Notes: generated by a model from the letters alone, not told the origin. A stretch of DNA of 64,000 nucleotides from Eledone cirrhosa (GCA_964016885.1 OZ024745.1:80848001-80912000), one strand, 5' to 3'. Counted from the first letter of the stretch, positions 1 to 14,356 are shown. A program made the numbers and translations.

Positions 1-773
<773 letters not shown>

Positions 774-1070
774 CATCATCATCATCATCACCGTTTTACG
801 TCCGTTCTTCCACGCTAGCATGGGTTAGACGGGTTGTCCTGTTGTGGGCAGTGTCTGGTCGGCTGACCATGCCTTGCTCATACAGGAACTGATCTGGCTT
901 GATTTCTACAGCTGGATGCCCTTCCTAACACCAACCTCATTTACAGTGAGTGCTGGGTGCTTTTTCGTGGCGCCTACACGTCCACTTTACAGTGTGGGCT
1001 GGGTGCTTTTTTGCCGTGGCACCTCCACGACCACCTTGCGGTGGGGGGGGGGGCATATTGTTTATATGCT

Positions 1071-4000
1071 TCAGCATGTACCCATGGGAGGTCGGGTACC
1101 CTGTATTACTGCGTGACGCCAGAAGTCACGGTCGTGTGTCATTGACTTTGAGAGGTGTAGTTGGGTAAGGTCGGCTTTTATCACCTCATCCCAAGTCATC
1201 TTGGGTCTCCCCACTCCGCGGTTTCCATCAACTTCTAGTGCTCTGCACCTTTTTATGCAGCTGTCATCCTTCATACGCATCACATGTCCATACCAGCGTA
1301 ACCGCCTCTCCTGCACGCAGCATTTGATTCCTCTTATGCTCAGTCTCTCTCTCAATTCATTTATGCTTTGTCGTTCACGTATATTACTGTTACACATCCA
1401 TCGGAGCATGCAGGCTTCGTTTCTCTCTAATCTACGTAAGTCTTCCACCTTCAGCGCCCAGGTTTCACTACCATGCAACATCGCTGTTCGGATACACGCA
1501 TCATACAGTCTGCCTTTCATTCTGAGGGAGAAGCCTTTTGCAGCTAGCAGTGGTAGTAGTTCCCTAAACTTCTTCCATCCCGTTCTTACCCTAGTTATTG
1601 TACTTTCTGAGCACCCACCTCCGTTGCTAATTCGGTCACCTAGGTAGCAGAAGCTGTCTACTGTTTCTACAGGGCCCTCCCAGAGATTGGTGGTACTTGT
1701 TTCCTGTGGCTGTTTGCTTGCTGTTTCAGCACAGCTGCTGCATGTGAATCCTACATTCTTAATTAAGCTTCCTGAGATCCCGCTACATCTCTTGTGTACC
1801 CATTGTTTGCATTTGGGGCAAAGAATGGAGTTCCTACCTACACCTTTCCTACATACTGAGCAAGGCCATTTCCCTGAGGGGATCTGGGTTCTGTTTTCTC
1901 GTCTACTTATAAGGACCTTAGTCTTTGTCATGTTGACTTTGAGGCCCTTTCTCTCTAGTCCCTGCTTCCAGGTTTGGAATTTATTCTCTAGTTCTACCAT
2001 AGATTCAGCTATGAGTGCGAGGTCATCAGCATACAGGAGTTCCCATGGGCATCCGGTCTTAAACTCCTCCGTTATTGCCTGCAGGACTATGATGAACAGG
2101 AGAGGGCTAAGAACAGAGCCCTGGTGGACCCCAACCTGTACGCTAAATTCCTCGCTATACTCATTGCCAATCCTAACTTTGCTGACTGCTCCCCTATACA
2201 TGGCTTGTACCGCTTTCACAAGCCATTCATCTACTCCTAGTTTTCTAAGAGCCCACCAGATTACTGCACGTGGAACTCTGTCAAAGGCTTTCTCAAGGTC
2301 GACAAATGCCAAGTAGAGTGGCTTACTTTTAGCTAGGTACTTTTCCTGTAATTGCCTCACAAGGAAGAGCGCATCAGTGGTGCCTTTCCCTGGAACAAAC
2401 CCAAATTGCATCTCGTCTATATTCACCCGGTCCCTAATCAGCTGTGCTATAACTCTTTCTGTTACTTTCATGACCTGGTCCATCAACTTTATACCTCTAT
2501 AGTTTCCTCTATCTAGTGCATCGCCTTTACCTTTGTAGCAGTTGACAATGATGCTACTGCACCAATCTTTTGGTATGGCCCCCTCTAGTATTACCTGGTT
2601 AACGATACGTGTGGTTATAGTGTGACCTACAGACCCAGATGCCTTCAGCATCTCGGCAGCTATACCCGATGGACCGGTTGCCTTCCCTATCTTCATATCT
2701 CTGATTGCCTTACTTACTACGCTGCCGCTGACTTGTACTGCTGGTCCCTCTATAGGGTCTACGTGGGGTAGGGTCTCTTCTTCCCATGCATTCTCCTCAT
2801 TTAGTAATCTATCATAATGACTCTTCCATGCATCTTTCTTCTCAGCACTTGTGAGGGCAAGCTCACCTTTATCATTCCGGATACACTTCTCTCCAATGAC
2901 ATCACAACTATCTCTGACACACTGCCTCGCAATCTTGAATACCTCCTGTTTCTGGTCCTCACGTTGTAAAACATGCTTGAATTTTCTATCCTCTGCTTCC
3001 CTCCTAGCTAAGTATACTTGTCGCCTAGCTTCCCTCTTGGTCTCTATGTAATGTACCCTGCTCCCCCCGTTCTTCCATTCTTTCCATGCCTGTCTCTTGG
3101 CCTTGACTGCTTCATCTACCTTATTGTTCCACCACCAAGTCACTCTCCTCCTGCTTGAGGTCTTACTCCAGCCACAAACCTCATCCGTCGCCTCTAGTAA
3201 GTTATTTTTTAGGAACTCCCAGTTCTCTTCTACGTTAAATGTCTCTATCTGTTCTTCTTTACTGTCGTAGGCGTTGAGTAAAATATCTTTAAATCTGTTA
3301 CTGGTTGAGGGGACTTTCAGCTTCCAGATCTTTCTTCTCCAGGTTGGCCTCTGTTTCAGGGCTCGTCTAGTTCTGACCGTGAGGTCGCTGACAACTAAGC
3401 TATGTTGGGATGTACATTCCTCACTAGGGAAGGCTTTTGTGTTTACGACCGTCCATCTGTCACGTCCTCTGATGAGGATAAAATCTAACTGACTAGAGTG
3501 CTCCCCTGATCTATAGGTGATCAGGTGGTTGTCGGGTTTTTTAAAGTTTGTGTTACATATCGACATGTCATTGGCGTCGCAGAATTCTAGAAGTCTGAAT
3601 CCTTCCTCATTCCTTGTGCCAACTCCATGGCCTCCATGTACTCTATTGAAGCCGTCGCAGTGTTTACCTACGTGTCCGTTAAAATCTCCTGCAATGATTA
3701 GGAAGTCCTTGTCGTCTGTTAGAGCAGTAGTGTGTATTAGGGACTCGTAAAACCTATCCTTAAGTTCGTCTGGCAGCCCCGATTGGGGTGCGTAAGCTGA
3801 TATTATTGTGGTAATTGTCTTATTCAGGACTAGTCTGAGTTTAATGATTCTTGCATTTACCCTGTACACTGAGATTACTTTATCTACCCACTTGTCAGCT
3901 AATAGTATACCTACACCACCCATCCCATCGTCATTTCCCACCCAGAAAAATTTGTAGCACTGGCTTTTTCCTACAAGGACTCTAGCAGACCCTCCTCTCC

Positions 4001-4190
4001 ATCTAGTCTCTTGCACACAGCATACATCAACTTCCTTTCGCTCTAGCATTTCTACGATTTCTCCTGCTCTTCCTTTCATTGAGCCTACATTGATGGTACC
4101 AACTCGGAGTTTTGGGCATTTGTCGACACTCGTAGGGGAGGGTCTCTGGGTTGGCGCTTCACGTGGGTGCTTGGTAGCTCGCAGATTCAT
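1071..4190 (-). CDS. RTE ORF: APE endonuclease + reverse transcriptase with embedded PHD-type zinc finger
   Basis: APE motifs GTINVGS, VQETRW, GDFNGH, LDFIL, SQH; RT motifs QFGF, DLEKAFD, QGSVLSP, YADD, YLG; CSVC..CPKC-x4-H-x2-C..CSSC; 1039 aa open. Confidence 0.95.
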   Translation of the reverse strand: MNLRATKHPREAPTQRPSPTSVDKCPKLRVGTINVGSMKGRAGEIVEMLERKEVDVCCVQETRWRGGSARVLVGKSQCYKFFWVGNDDGMGGVGILLADKWVDKVISVYRVNARIIKLRLVLNKTITTIISAYAPQSGLPDELKDRFYESLIHTTALTDDKDFLIIAGDFNGHVGKHCDGFNRVHGGHGVGTRNEEGFRLLEFCDANDMSICNTNFKKPDNHLITYRSGEHSSQLDFILIRGRDRWTVVNTKAFPSEECTSQHSLVVSDLTVRTRRALKQRPTWRRKIWKLKVPSTSNRFKDILLNAYDSKEEQIETFNVEENWEFLKNNLLEATDEVCGWSKTSSRRRVTWWWNNKVDEAVKAKRQAWKEWKNGGSRVHYIETKREARRQVYLARREAEDRKFKHVLQREDQKQEVFKIARQCVRDSCDVIGEKCIRNDKGELALTSAEKKDAWKSHYDRLLNEENAWEEETLPHVDPIEGPAVQVSGSVVSKAIRDMKIGKATGPSGIAAEMLKASGSVGHTITTRIVNQVILEGAIPKDWCSSIIVNCYKGKGDALDRGNYRGIKLMDQVMKVTERVIAQLIRDRVNIDEMQFGFVPGKGTTDALFLVRQLQEKYLAKSKPLYLAFVDLEKAFDRVPRAVIWWALRKLGVDEWLVKAVQAMYRGAVSKVRIGNEYSEEFSVQVGVHQGSVLSPLLFIIVLQAITEEFKTGCPWELLYADDLALIAESMVELENKFQTWKQGLERKGLKVNMTKTKVLISRRENRTQIPSGKWPCSVCRKGVGRNSILCPKCKQWVHKRCSGISGSLIKNVGFTCSSCAETASKQPQETSTTNLWEGPVETVDSFCYLGDRISNGGGCSESTITRVRTGWKKFRELLPLLAAKGFSLRMKGRLYDACIRTAMLHGSETWALKVEDLRRLERNEACMLRWMCNSNIRERQSINELRERLSIRGIKCCVQERRLRWYGHVMRMKDDSCIKRCRALEVDGNRGVGRPKMTWDEVIKADLTQLHLSKSMTHDRDFWRHAVIQGTRPPMGTC

Positions 4191-4436
4191 ATTTCATCTA
4201 TTGATTCAGAGTTGCTCGTGTATTCCCAGCTCATCCATCCCTAACGGTGGGAAAATTGAGGGCTAGAAGGACAGTGGTGGTGGGGTAATGGCAGGGTGTG
4301 TTGGGATGCGCCAGAGGAGGAGAGAGTTAGTTAGGCAGGTAGTAGCAGCAGCAGCAGTGGAAATGGCATGCTAGGTTTGATTGGTCGAATAGACTATGGT
4401 GGTGTGTGGGGGTGGGGGGGAGGGAAATTGTGAGGT

Positions 4437-5403
4437 AGGAACTGAGGGTCGCATGGTAAATATCCAAGTTAATACTACAGGAACTGAGGGTCGCATGGTA
4501 AATATCCAAGTTAATACTACAGGAACTGAGGGTCGCATGGTAAATATCCAAGTTAATACATCAGTAAAATTAACAATAATAACGTCATGAAAAAAGCTAC
4601 TAAGAGAAACCCTCGAAAATTTATCGCTAATACAGCAGGGAAAATTTAACGCTAATACAGCAGGGAACATCATAATATTAACGACATGAAAAAGCTATAC
4701 TAAGAGAAACCCTCGAAAATTTATCGCTAATACAGCAGGGAAAATTTAACGCTAATACAGCAGGGAACATCATAATATTAACGACAATATGTAGGCTAAA
4801 ATACCTTCGTAGATTAGGTGGATGGCTGGCTGGGAAAATTTGAATCAGCTCAGTGGTACATTTTAGCAGAGAAGAATGGCAAAGTGTCTTATCTCTTCAA
4901 TATTTTCAGATTGAATGAATTAGGTTAAAGACAGGGTAGTAAGCCTTAAAGAAGTGCATAGAGGGGGGGGGGGTAGGAACTGAGGGTCGCATGGTAAATA
5001 ACTGAGAGAGATACAATAGGATTAGAATACCGCATGGTAAATATCCAAGTTAATAAGTTAATACTACATCAGTAAAATTAACAATAATAACGTCATGAAA
5101 AAAGCTACTAAGAGAAACCCTCGAAAATTTATCGCTAATACAGCAGGGAAAATTTAACGCTAATACAGCAGGGAACATCATAATATTAACGACATGAAAA
5201 AGCTACTAAGAGAAACCCTCGAAAATTTATCGCTAATACAGCAGGGAAAATTTAACGCTAATACAGCAGGGAACATCATAATATTAACGACAATATGTAG
5301 GCTAAAATACCTTCGTAGATTAGGTGGATGGCTGGCTGGGAAAATTTGAATCAGCTCAGTGGTACATTTTAGCAGAGAAGAATGGCAAAGTGTCTTATCT
5401 CTT

Positions 5404-5408
<5 letters not shown>
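4437..5408. repeat. Nested tandem duplications upstream of the RTE ORF
   Basis: 42-bp unit x3 (4437-4560), ~100-bp unit x2, and a ~370-bp block (~4537-4902) repeated at ~5031-5408. Confidence 0.9.
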
Positions 5409-5436
<28 letters not shown>

Positions 5437-5452
5437 CATATATATATATATG

Positions 5453-5513
<61 letters not shown>

Positions 5514-5526
5514 GTATATATATATG

Positions 5527-5639
<113 letters not shown>

Positions 5640-5640
5640 G

Positions 5641-6138
<498 letters not shown>

Positions 6139-6159
6139 GTATGTATATATATATGTATG

Positions 6160-6210
<51 letters not shown>

Positions 6211-6215
6211 GTATG

Positions 6216-6272
<57 letters not shown>

Positions 6273-6403
6273 GTATATGTATATATATGTATATATATAT
6301 ATATATGTATATGTATATATATATGTATATGTATATATATATGTATATATATATGTATATATATATGTATATATATATGTATATGTATATATATATGTAT
6401 ATA

Positions 6404-6457
<54 letters not shown>

Positions 6458-6458
6458 T

Positions 6459-6523
<65 letters not shown>

Positions 6524-6546
6524 TACATATACATATATATATATAC

Positions 6547-6688
<142 letters not shown>

Positions 6689-6698
6689 TATGTATATA

Positions 6699-6797
<99 letters not shown>

Positions 6798-6930
6798 GTA
6801 TATATATATATGTATATATATATATATACGTTATTCCGGGTTGAATCGGAGGTAACCACAGTAAGTAAGGTACTCAATACATAGCAGAGTATGTGTATAT
6901 ATATATATATGTGTGTATATAATATATATA

Positions 6931-6971
<41 letters not shown>

Positions 6972-6986
6972 ATATATATATATATA

Positions 6987-7033
<47 letters not shown>

Positions 7034-7128
7034 ATATATATATATATATATGTGTATATATATATATATATGTGTATATATATATATATGTGTATATATA
7101 TATATATATATGTGTGTATATATATATA

Positions 7129-7161
<33 letters not shown>

Positions 7162-7334
7162 GTGTGTATATATAATTAATAAAAAAAAAAAATAAATAAA
7201 TAAACTATAGCTTTGTAGAATTAGCTTTTAATGAATTCCCTTTTCTATCAACCAATGAGCTACACCCATCCCACTCCCACCCTCTCCTACCACTTGTAGA
7301 GACCTATAAATACCATACTTATTTTTTGATACCC

Positions 7335-7385
7335 AGATTCCTGATGATTTCTAAAGAATGAAACAGTTCTAGTTCTGTAGAATCT
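7335..7385 (+). ncRNA. Type I hammerhead ribozyme motif
   Basis: AGATTC-CTGATGA-TTTC(TAAA)GAAT-GAAA-CAG..CTG-TA^GAATCT; 6-bp stem I. Confidence 0.75.
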
Positions 7386-7467
7386 CATCTATATTATACA
7401 TATATATATATACATATACATATATATATATATACATATATATATTTATACATATGTATATATATAC

Positions 7468-7498
<31 letters not shown>

Positions 7499-7680
7499 CA
7501 TATACATATATATATATATACACATATATACAGTTTTTTCCGTTGTGTTGTAATATAAATATTACACACAGTAGATTATCAGCCCACGTAGAGTTTGCTC
7601 GACGGTTCCAGTTGTAGTTCCAAAAGTAATCCGGAGAAAAATAGAAAGATTTGAATGGATACAGTTTAGTTGAAAGGAAT

Positions 7681-7797
7681 TTATTGACACGTGTTTCTAT
7701 AACAGTTACATAACCTAAAACAGCTATCTACAAACTTTTAGTTATGCAGACATTCAATATTTCAATGTTATTGTTTACTGTCATTTCATCAGAATAA
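7681..7797 (-). ncRNA. Hammerhead motif, mirror copy of 12921-13037
   Basis: Reverse complement within the left arm. Confidence 0.7.
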
Positions 7798-8387
7798 TAT
7801 TACTGAGGACCTATTTAGTTTTTATAGAGAATATTAGGAGGAAGGGGTGAAGTTGTTAGAAGAATAGTTGAAGGAGTGGTTTTTCGATAGCAGTGAGAAT
7901 TCTTGGTGGCAGTGATTAATTAGATTCCCATCTGTTGTTTTGACATTTTTTATAGAATATATTATTGGTTATTTTTCTAAATCTATAGAAGGATTAGAGA
8001 TAGTAAAGATATGCGTGGTTGGTTTTGTGTTTGCACTTAACATTCAGACTTAAATTTTTCTTTCAAGTGTACGTATTCTTTCACCCACGCATTCACACAC
8101 AAATATATTTGCACACCTCTACAAAATACATATACTCACAATTCACATATTCATACTTACATATATATACACATGCATACACATATATATACACACATGT
8201 ATTCATGTACATACATACGCGCTCATGTGTATACATTTTCATACTCAACTTATCTTTATATATACACACGTATAGACACACACATATATACATACATACT
8301 CTAGTCCATGTGTACACACATACACATACATACACATCCATATACACATACATACATACACATATATATATACATATATACATATAC

Positions 8388-8434
<47 letters not shown>

Positions 8435-8749
8435 CATATATACACACATATACACACACACATATATATATATATATATAAGCACTTTAATACATGAATA
8501 CACTTACATCTAACTATACACATCAAACATATATATATATTTACTTATTTATATACATTTTCACATATATATACATACTTATGGACGTTTTTAGACACAT
8601 TCATTATCGCATATTTGTACCTATTCTCATCAGCATATCTTTTCATTATTAGTATGGTAATTTAAGGTTATTAATATATGTTGAAAAGAGATTGTTTTTA
8701 TATTTTTCTAACTAGATTAAGGTTTATATAGTTGGGGGATGTCCCTCTT

Positions 8750-9829
8750 TTATGTAATATTCGGCTTGTAGTGGGAAAAAAGGGTTTTAGTTCTGTGACG
8801 GCAGAATAATGTTCGTTCAATTCTGTTATTCAGCAGTTTCTTCTTGTGTGTGATTATGTAATAAATCTCAAGATTACACAATTTGCAGAAATTTTGGCTC
8901 CTGGAAAAGCTTTGGGTTTTAGCTAATTTTTCCCATTTTAGGGTAAACTTTTGATTGCTATCCCTGAGCGTCCAAGCTTTCTCTGCTAAAGTTGTTACAT
9001 TTCTTTGGCTCTGGTGTTTTATTGAGTAAGAATGCCTATACAATCGAGATTTAAACGATGTTGCCGTTGATCCCACGTAATACCACTCGTTGCCTCCGGA
9101 TTTAATGGTACACTTATAAATAATATTTTTTTCCAGGCAGTTATTGCCGAGGGGGCAGTTGTCAGGATAGGTGCAGTTACAGTTGTGTACGTTGGGTTTT
9201 CTCTGGAGTAGTATTGCGGACGAACTTAGGTGTGGTTTATTTATGTTCTGTAGTGTATTGTCTACTGTTTTTTGGGGGTTCTTTGTACTTAAGTTCTTAG
9301 TGTTTTCGTTTAACCTTCTAGTATTGATCTTTTTTATGTGTTGTTCAAGGTTTAACGCTGTAGAGTATGACAGTCTTATAGTGGTAGGGTTTAGGATTTT
9401 GTGGTATTTGTGTGATGTGGGAAAATGTCTTTTAATTATTTTAAAGAAGAGTACTGGTAAATTTGTACTAATGGAGCTATTGTATTCGGGGTTATACCAT
9501 AAGTACTCTTTGCATCGCTTTCTATTAGTTTTGTTTGTTGGTTTACTGGTGTGCATACTATGGTAGTAAGTGTGGTTTGGTGTTGTGTTATTATATCTAC
9601 CTATGTGGGATTTATTTTGGGTGTTTTGATTGTTCCCATCTATGTACTCTATTTTGTTGAGGTAGCCTGCTTTACTAAGGGCGTTATCGTAGTACTCGGC
9701 GTGTTCCTTAAATACTTGTATGTTAGAAGATAGACCCGAGATTCTAAGGGAAATATTTTTAGGGATAGATTTAATTATAGAGATGGGGTGGTTAGACCCA
9801 ACATTTACGTATTTGAGATTTTCATTCAA
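8750..9829 (-). pseudogene. Inverted copy of the Penelope ORF 3' half (RT C-terminus, Zn finger, GIY-YIG)
   Basis: Translation matches the last ~359 aa of the + ORF except one E/G. Confidence 0.9.
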
Positions 9830-9833
9830 TTTA

Positions 9834-11968
9834 GGACTTGTAAAAACCCACCCACCAACCCACTATTAGATGCATTTGAGCAGGACCTTATGAACTTAAT
9901 CCTTAAAATTAAATTCAAAGGACGCAACACCAACAGCAAATTACAGAAAGATATAAAAAAACTACTGGACGACCTTAAAAACACCAAAGGAATTGTAGTA
10001 AAAGCGGACAAAACATCAAACCTGTACACTATGGATTGCACTACATACAACAACTTCATTCGAAAAGAATTACATAAAAAATATAGAAAAACGAGTGAAG
10101 TAACCCTTAAGCACATCAATGATGAGGCATGCGAAATAGTGAAAAATCTCGGAATCGAAGATAGGACAGGACCACTCTTACCGGCGGTACCCACTTTCAA
10201 TCTTAAGGACCACAAGGTAAACTTTGATAATGACCCTAAAATTAGATTAATCTGCCCCTCTAAATCAGATATAGGTAAAATAAGCAAATATATCTTAGAT
10301 AGAATCATCCCCCAAATTAAGGCTAAGGTTAACATTAAACTCTGGGGGAAGACCCAAGAAGCAATAAGATGGTTTAATAGCATTAGCAATAAGAATAAAT
10401 CTAAGTTTATCCAGTTTGATATCGATGAATATTACTCATCGATATCACCTGAAACTTTGAATAGAGCCATTAAGTTTGCTAAGGATAACTCCGACCTTAC
10501 AAACGATGAAATTAAGATTATATTAGAAGCTAGGAAAACTATAGTCAAATTTGAGAACAGTTATTGGGTACGTAAAGATAGACCCTCTAACTTTGACATA
10601 ACAATGGGCTCTAACGATTCGGCGGAAATAACTGATATTGTGGGGTTATTTATCGCCTTTAGACTCCAGGAAAAATTCAGCAATCTCCACGGCGGAATAT
10701 ACCGCGACGATGTTCTCCTCCTAGCTAAAAACCTTAATAACCAAAAACTAGAAAAACTACGCAAAGATATAAGAAAACTACTACTCGAAATAGGACTAAC
10801 TATAACATATGAATACAACCTTAAAGTAGTTAACTTCCTGGATGTCACACTCAATTTAAACTCTGGTTTGATTAAACCGTTTCATAAATTGAATGAAAAT
10901 CTCAAATACGTAAATGTTGGGTCTAACCACCCCATCTCTATAATTAAATCTATCCCTAAAAATATTTCCCTTAGAATCTCGGGTCTATCTTCTAACATAC
11001 AAGTATTTAAGGAACACGCCGAGTACTACGATAACGCCCTTAGTAAAGCAGGCTACCTCAACAAAATAGAGTACATAGATGAGAACAATCAAAACACCCA
11101 AAATAAATCCCACATAGGTAGATATAATAACACAACACCAAACCACACTTACTACCATAGTATGCACACCAGTAAACCAACAAACAAAACTAATAGAAAG
11201 CGATGCAAAGAGTACTTATGGTATAACCCCGAATACAATAGCTCCATTAGTACAAATTTACCAGTACTCTTCTTTAAAATAATTAAAAGACATTTTCCCA
11301 CATCACACAAATACCACAAAATCCTAAACCCTACCACTATAAGACTGTCATACTCTACAGCGTTAAACCTTGAACAACACATAAAAAAGATCAATACTAG
11401 AAGGTTAAACGAAAACACTAAGAACTTAAGTACAAAGAACCCCCAAAAAACAGTAGACAATACACTACAGAACATAAATAAACCACACCTAAGTTCGTCC
11501 GCAATACTACTCCAGAGAAAACCCAACGTACACAACTGTAACTGCACCTATCCTGACAACTGCCCCCTCGGCAATAACTGCCTGGAAAAAAATATTATTT
11601 ATAAGTGTACCATTAAATCCGGAGGCAACGAGTGGTATTACGTGGGATCAACGGCAACATCGTTTAAATCTCGATTGTATAGGCATTCTTACTCAATAAA
11701 ACACCAGAGCCAAAGAAATGTAACAACTTTAGCAGAGAAAGCTTGGACGCTCAGGGATAGCAATCAAAAGTTTACCCTAAAATGGGAAAAATTAGCTAAA
11801 ACCCAAAGCTTTTCCAGGAGCCAAAATTTCTGCAAATTGTGTAATCTTGAGATTTATTACATAATCACACACAAGAAGAAACTGCTGAATAACAGAATTG
11901 AACGAACATTATTCTGCCGTCACAGAACTAAAACCCTTTTTTCCCACTACAAGCCGAATATTACATAA
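9834..11968 (+). CDS. Penelope-like RT + GIY-YIG endonuclease, N-terminally truncated
   Basis: QFDIDEYY, MGSNDS, YRDD, FLDV; CNC-x4-CPL-x3-C; IIYKC..YYVG..R..H. The ORF-track start at 9788 lies in the inverted arm. Confidence 0.9.
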
Positions 11969-12080
11969 AAGAGGGACATCCCCCAACTATATAAACCTTA
12001 ATCTAGTTAGAAAAATATAAAAACAATCTCTTTTCAACATATATTAATAACCTTAAATTACCATACTAATAATGAAAAGA

Positions 12081-12138
12081 TATGCTGATGAGAATAGGTA
12101 CAAATATGCGATAATGAATGTGTCTAAAAACGTCCATA
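12081..12138 (+). ncRNA. Degenerate hammerhead-like motif in the Penelope 3' repeat (mirror 8580-8637, -)
   Basis: TATG-CTGATGA..TAGGTACA/TGTGTCTA-AAAA-CG-TC^CATA; GAAA reads AAAA. Confidence 0.45.
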
Positions 12139-12283
12139 AGTATGTATATATATGTGAAAATGTATATAAATAAGTAAATATATATATATGTTTGATGTGT
12201 ATAGTTAGATGTAAGTGTATTCATGTATTAAAGTGCTTATATATATATATATATATGTGTGTGTGTATATGTGTGTATATATG

Positions 12284-12330
<47 letters not shown>

Positions 12331-12920
12331 GTATATGTATATATGTATATATATATGTGTATGTATGTATGTGTATATGGATGTGTATGTATGTGTATGT
12401 GTGTACACATGGACTAGAGTATGTATGTATATATGTGTGTGTCTATACGTGTGTATATATAAAGATAAGTTGAGTATGAAAATGTATACACATGAGCGCG
12501 TATGTATGTACATGAATACATGTGTGTATATATATGTGTATGCATGTGTATATATATGTAAGTATGAATATGTGAATTGTGAGTATATGTATTTTGTAGA
12601 GGTGTGCAAATATATTTGTGTGTGAATGCGTGGGTGAAAGAATACGTACACTTGAAAGAAAAATTTAAGTCTGAATGTTAAGTGCAAACACAAAACCAAC
12701 CACGCATATCTTTACTATCTCTAATCCTTCTATAGATTTAGAAAAATAACCAATAATATATTCTATAAAAAATGTCAAAACAACAGATGGGAATCTAATT
12801 AATCACTGCCACCAAGAATTCTCACTGCTATCGAAAAACCACTCCTTCAACTATTCTTCTAACAACTTCACCCCTTCCTCCTAATATTCTCTATAAAAAC
12901 TAAATAGGTCCTCAGTAATA

Positions 12921-13037
12921 TTATTCTGATGAAATGACAGTAAACAATAACATTGAAATATTGAATGTCTGCATAACTAAAAGTTTGTAGATAGCTGTTT
13001 TAGGTTATGTAACTGTTATAGAAACACGTGTCAATAA
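12921..13037 (+). ncRNA. Type I hammerhead motif with enlarged stem II
   Basis: TTATT-CTGATGA-A-ATGACAGT..70 nt..ACTGTTAT-A-GAAA-CACGTG-TC^AATAA; palindromic stem III. Confidence 0.72.
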
Positions 13038-13089
13038 ATTCCTTTCAACTAAACTGTATCCATTCAAATCTTTCTATTTCTATATACAC

Positions 13090-13120
<31 letters not shown>

Positions 13121-13191
13121 CACATATATATATATACATATATATATATACACATATATATATATACATATATACACATATATATATATAC

Positions 13192-13239
<48 letters not shown>

Positions 13240-13278
13240 ACATATATATACATATATATATATACATATATATACATA

Positions 13279-14209
13279 CAAATTCTGGCTATGGAAACAG
13301 CAGTTGGAAGCAAGAGGACTGAGAGTAAATCTAGCTAAGACAAAAGTGTTGATGAGTAGAAAAGAGGACAAAACCCTGATTCCGTCAGGGAAATGGCCAT
13401 GTTCGATATGCAGAAAAGGAACTGGCATAAATTCTATAAAATGCACACAATGCAGGTCCTGGGTACACAAGAGATGTAGCGGGATAGCAGGCAAACTAAC
13501 AGGTAGGGAGAAATATGTATGCAGTAGATGTACAGGGAAATTAGACAGTAGAAGTCACACTGATAGACACATTTTTCAAATGCGAGAGGCCGCTATAGAA
13601 GTGGTGGATAGCTTCCGGTACCTAGGAGATCAGATTAGCATGGGAGGAGGGTGTTCCGAGGCCATAGTATCTAGAATAAGGACGGGTTGGAAGAAGTTTA
13701 GGGAGCTGCTTCCTCTGTTGACGAAGGGTTTCTCCCTGCGTACGAAAGGCCGGTTGTATGATGCCTGTGTGAGGAGCGCGATGCTGCATGGTAGTGAGAC
13801 ATGGGCAGCAACCGCAGAGGATATGCGACGGCTGGAGAGAAATGAGGCAAGCATGCTCCGTTGGATGTGCAGTGTAAATGTGCGTGAACGACCCAGCATA
13901 AATGTGTTGAGAGAGAAACTGTGTCTGAGAGGGATAGAATGTAGTGTACGGGAGAGGAGACTGAGGTGGTATGGACATGTGATGCGCATGGAGGATGACC
14001 GATGGGTGAAGAAGTGCCAGTTGAAGGAAGACGTGGTAGAGGTAGACCACGAAAAACATGGGCGGAGGTGGTGAGAACAGACCTCAGATCATTGAAGCTC
14101 ACGGTGGAGATGACGAGGGACCGTGACGATTGGAGAGATGCTGTGCTGAATAAGACCCGTCCCACCCTTGCTAGCAGGGAAAAGCGGACGTAAAATGATG
14201 ATGATGATG

Positions 14210-14210
<1 letters not shown>
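13279..14210 (+). mobile_element. 5'-truncated RTE LINE (family B) with PHD insertion
   Basis: KTKVLM-PHD-SFRYLG..LHGSETW; frameshift near 14022; ends CCCTTGCTAGCAGGGAAAAGCGGACG(ATG)n. Confidence 0.92.
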
Positions 14211-14282
<72 letters not shown>

Positions 14283-14319
14283 TATATACATATATATATA
14301 TATATACATATATATATAC

Positions 14320-14356
<37 letters not shown>

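Larger units (their letters stand above)
7531..13079. mobile_element. Penelope-like element (probably Neptune-type), 5'-truncated, with inverted duplication of its 3' part
   Basis: RT + GIY-YIG ORF; arms 7639-9833 and 10885-13079 are reverse complements; 1051-bp spacer; flanked by (TA)n. Confidence 0.92.

Noticed and set aside
4191-4440. HDV-like ribozyme in the RTE 5' UTR
   Set aside because: Could not build the nested double pseudoknot by eye.
9788-9833. Apparent start of the Penelope ORF
   Set aside because: Lies in the inverted arm; chance in-frame extension.
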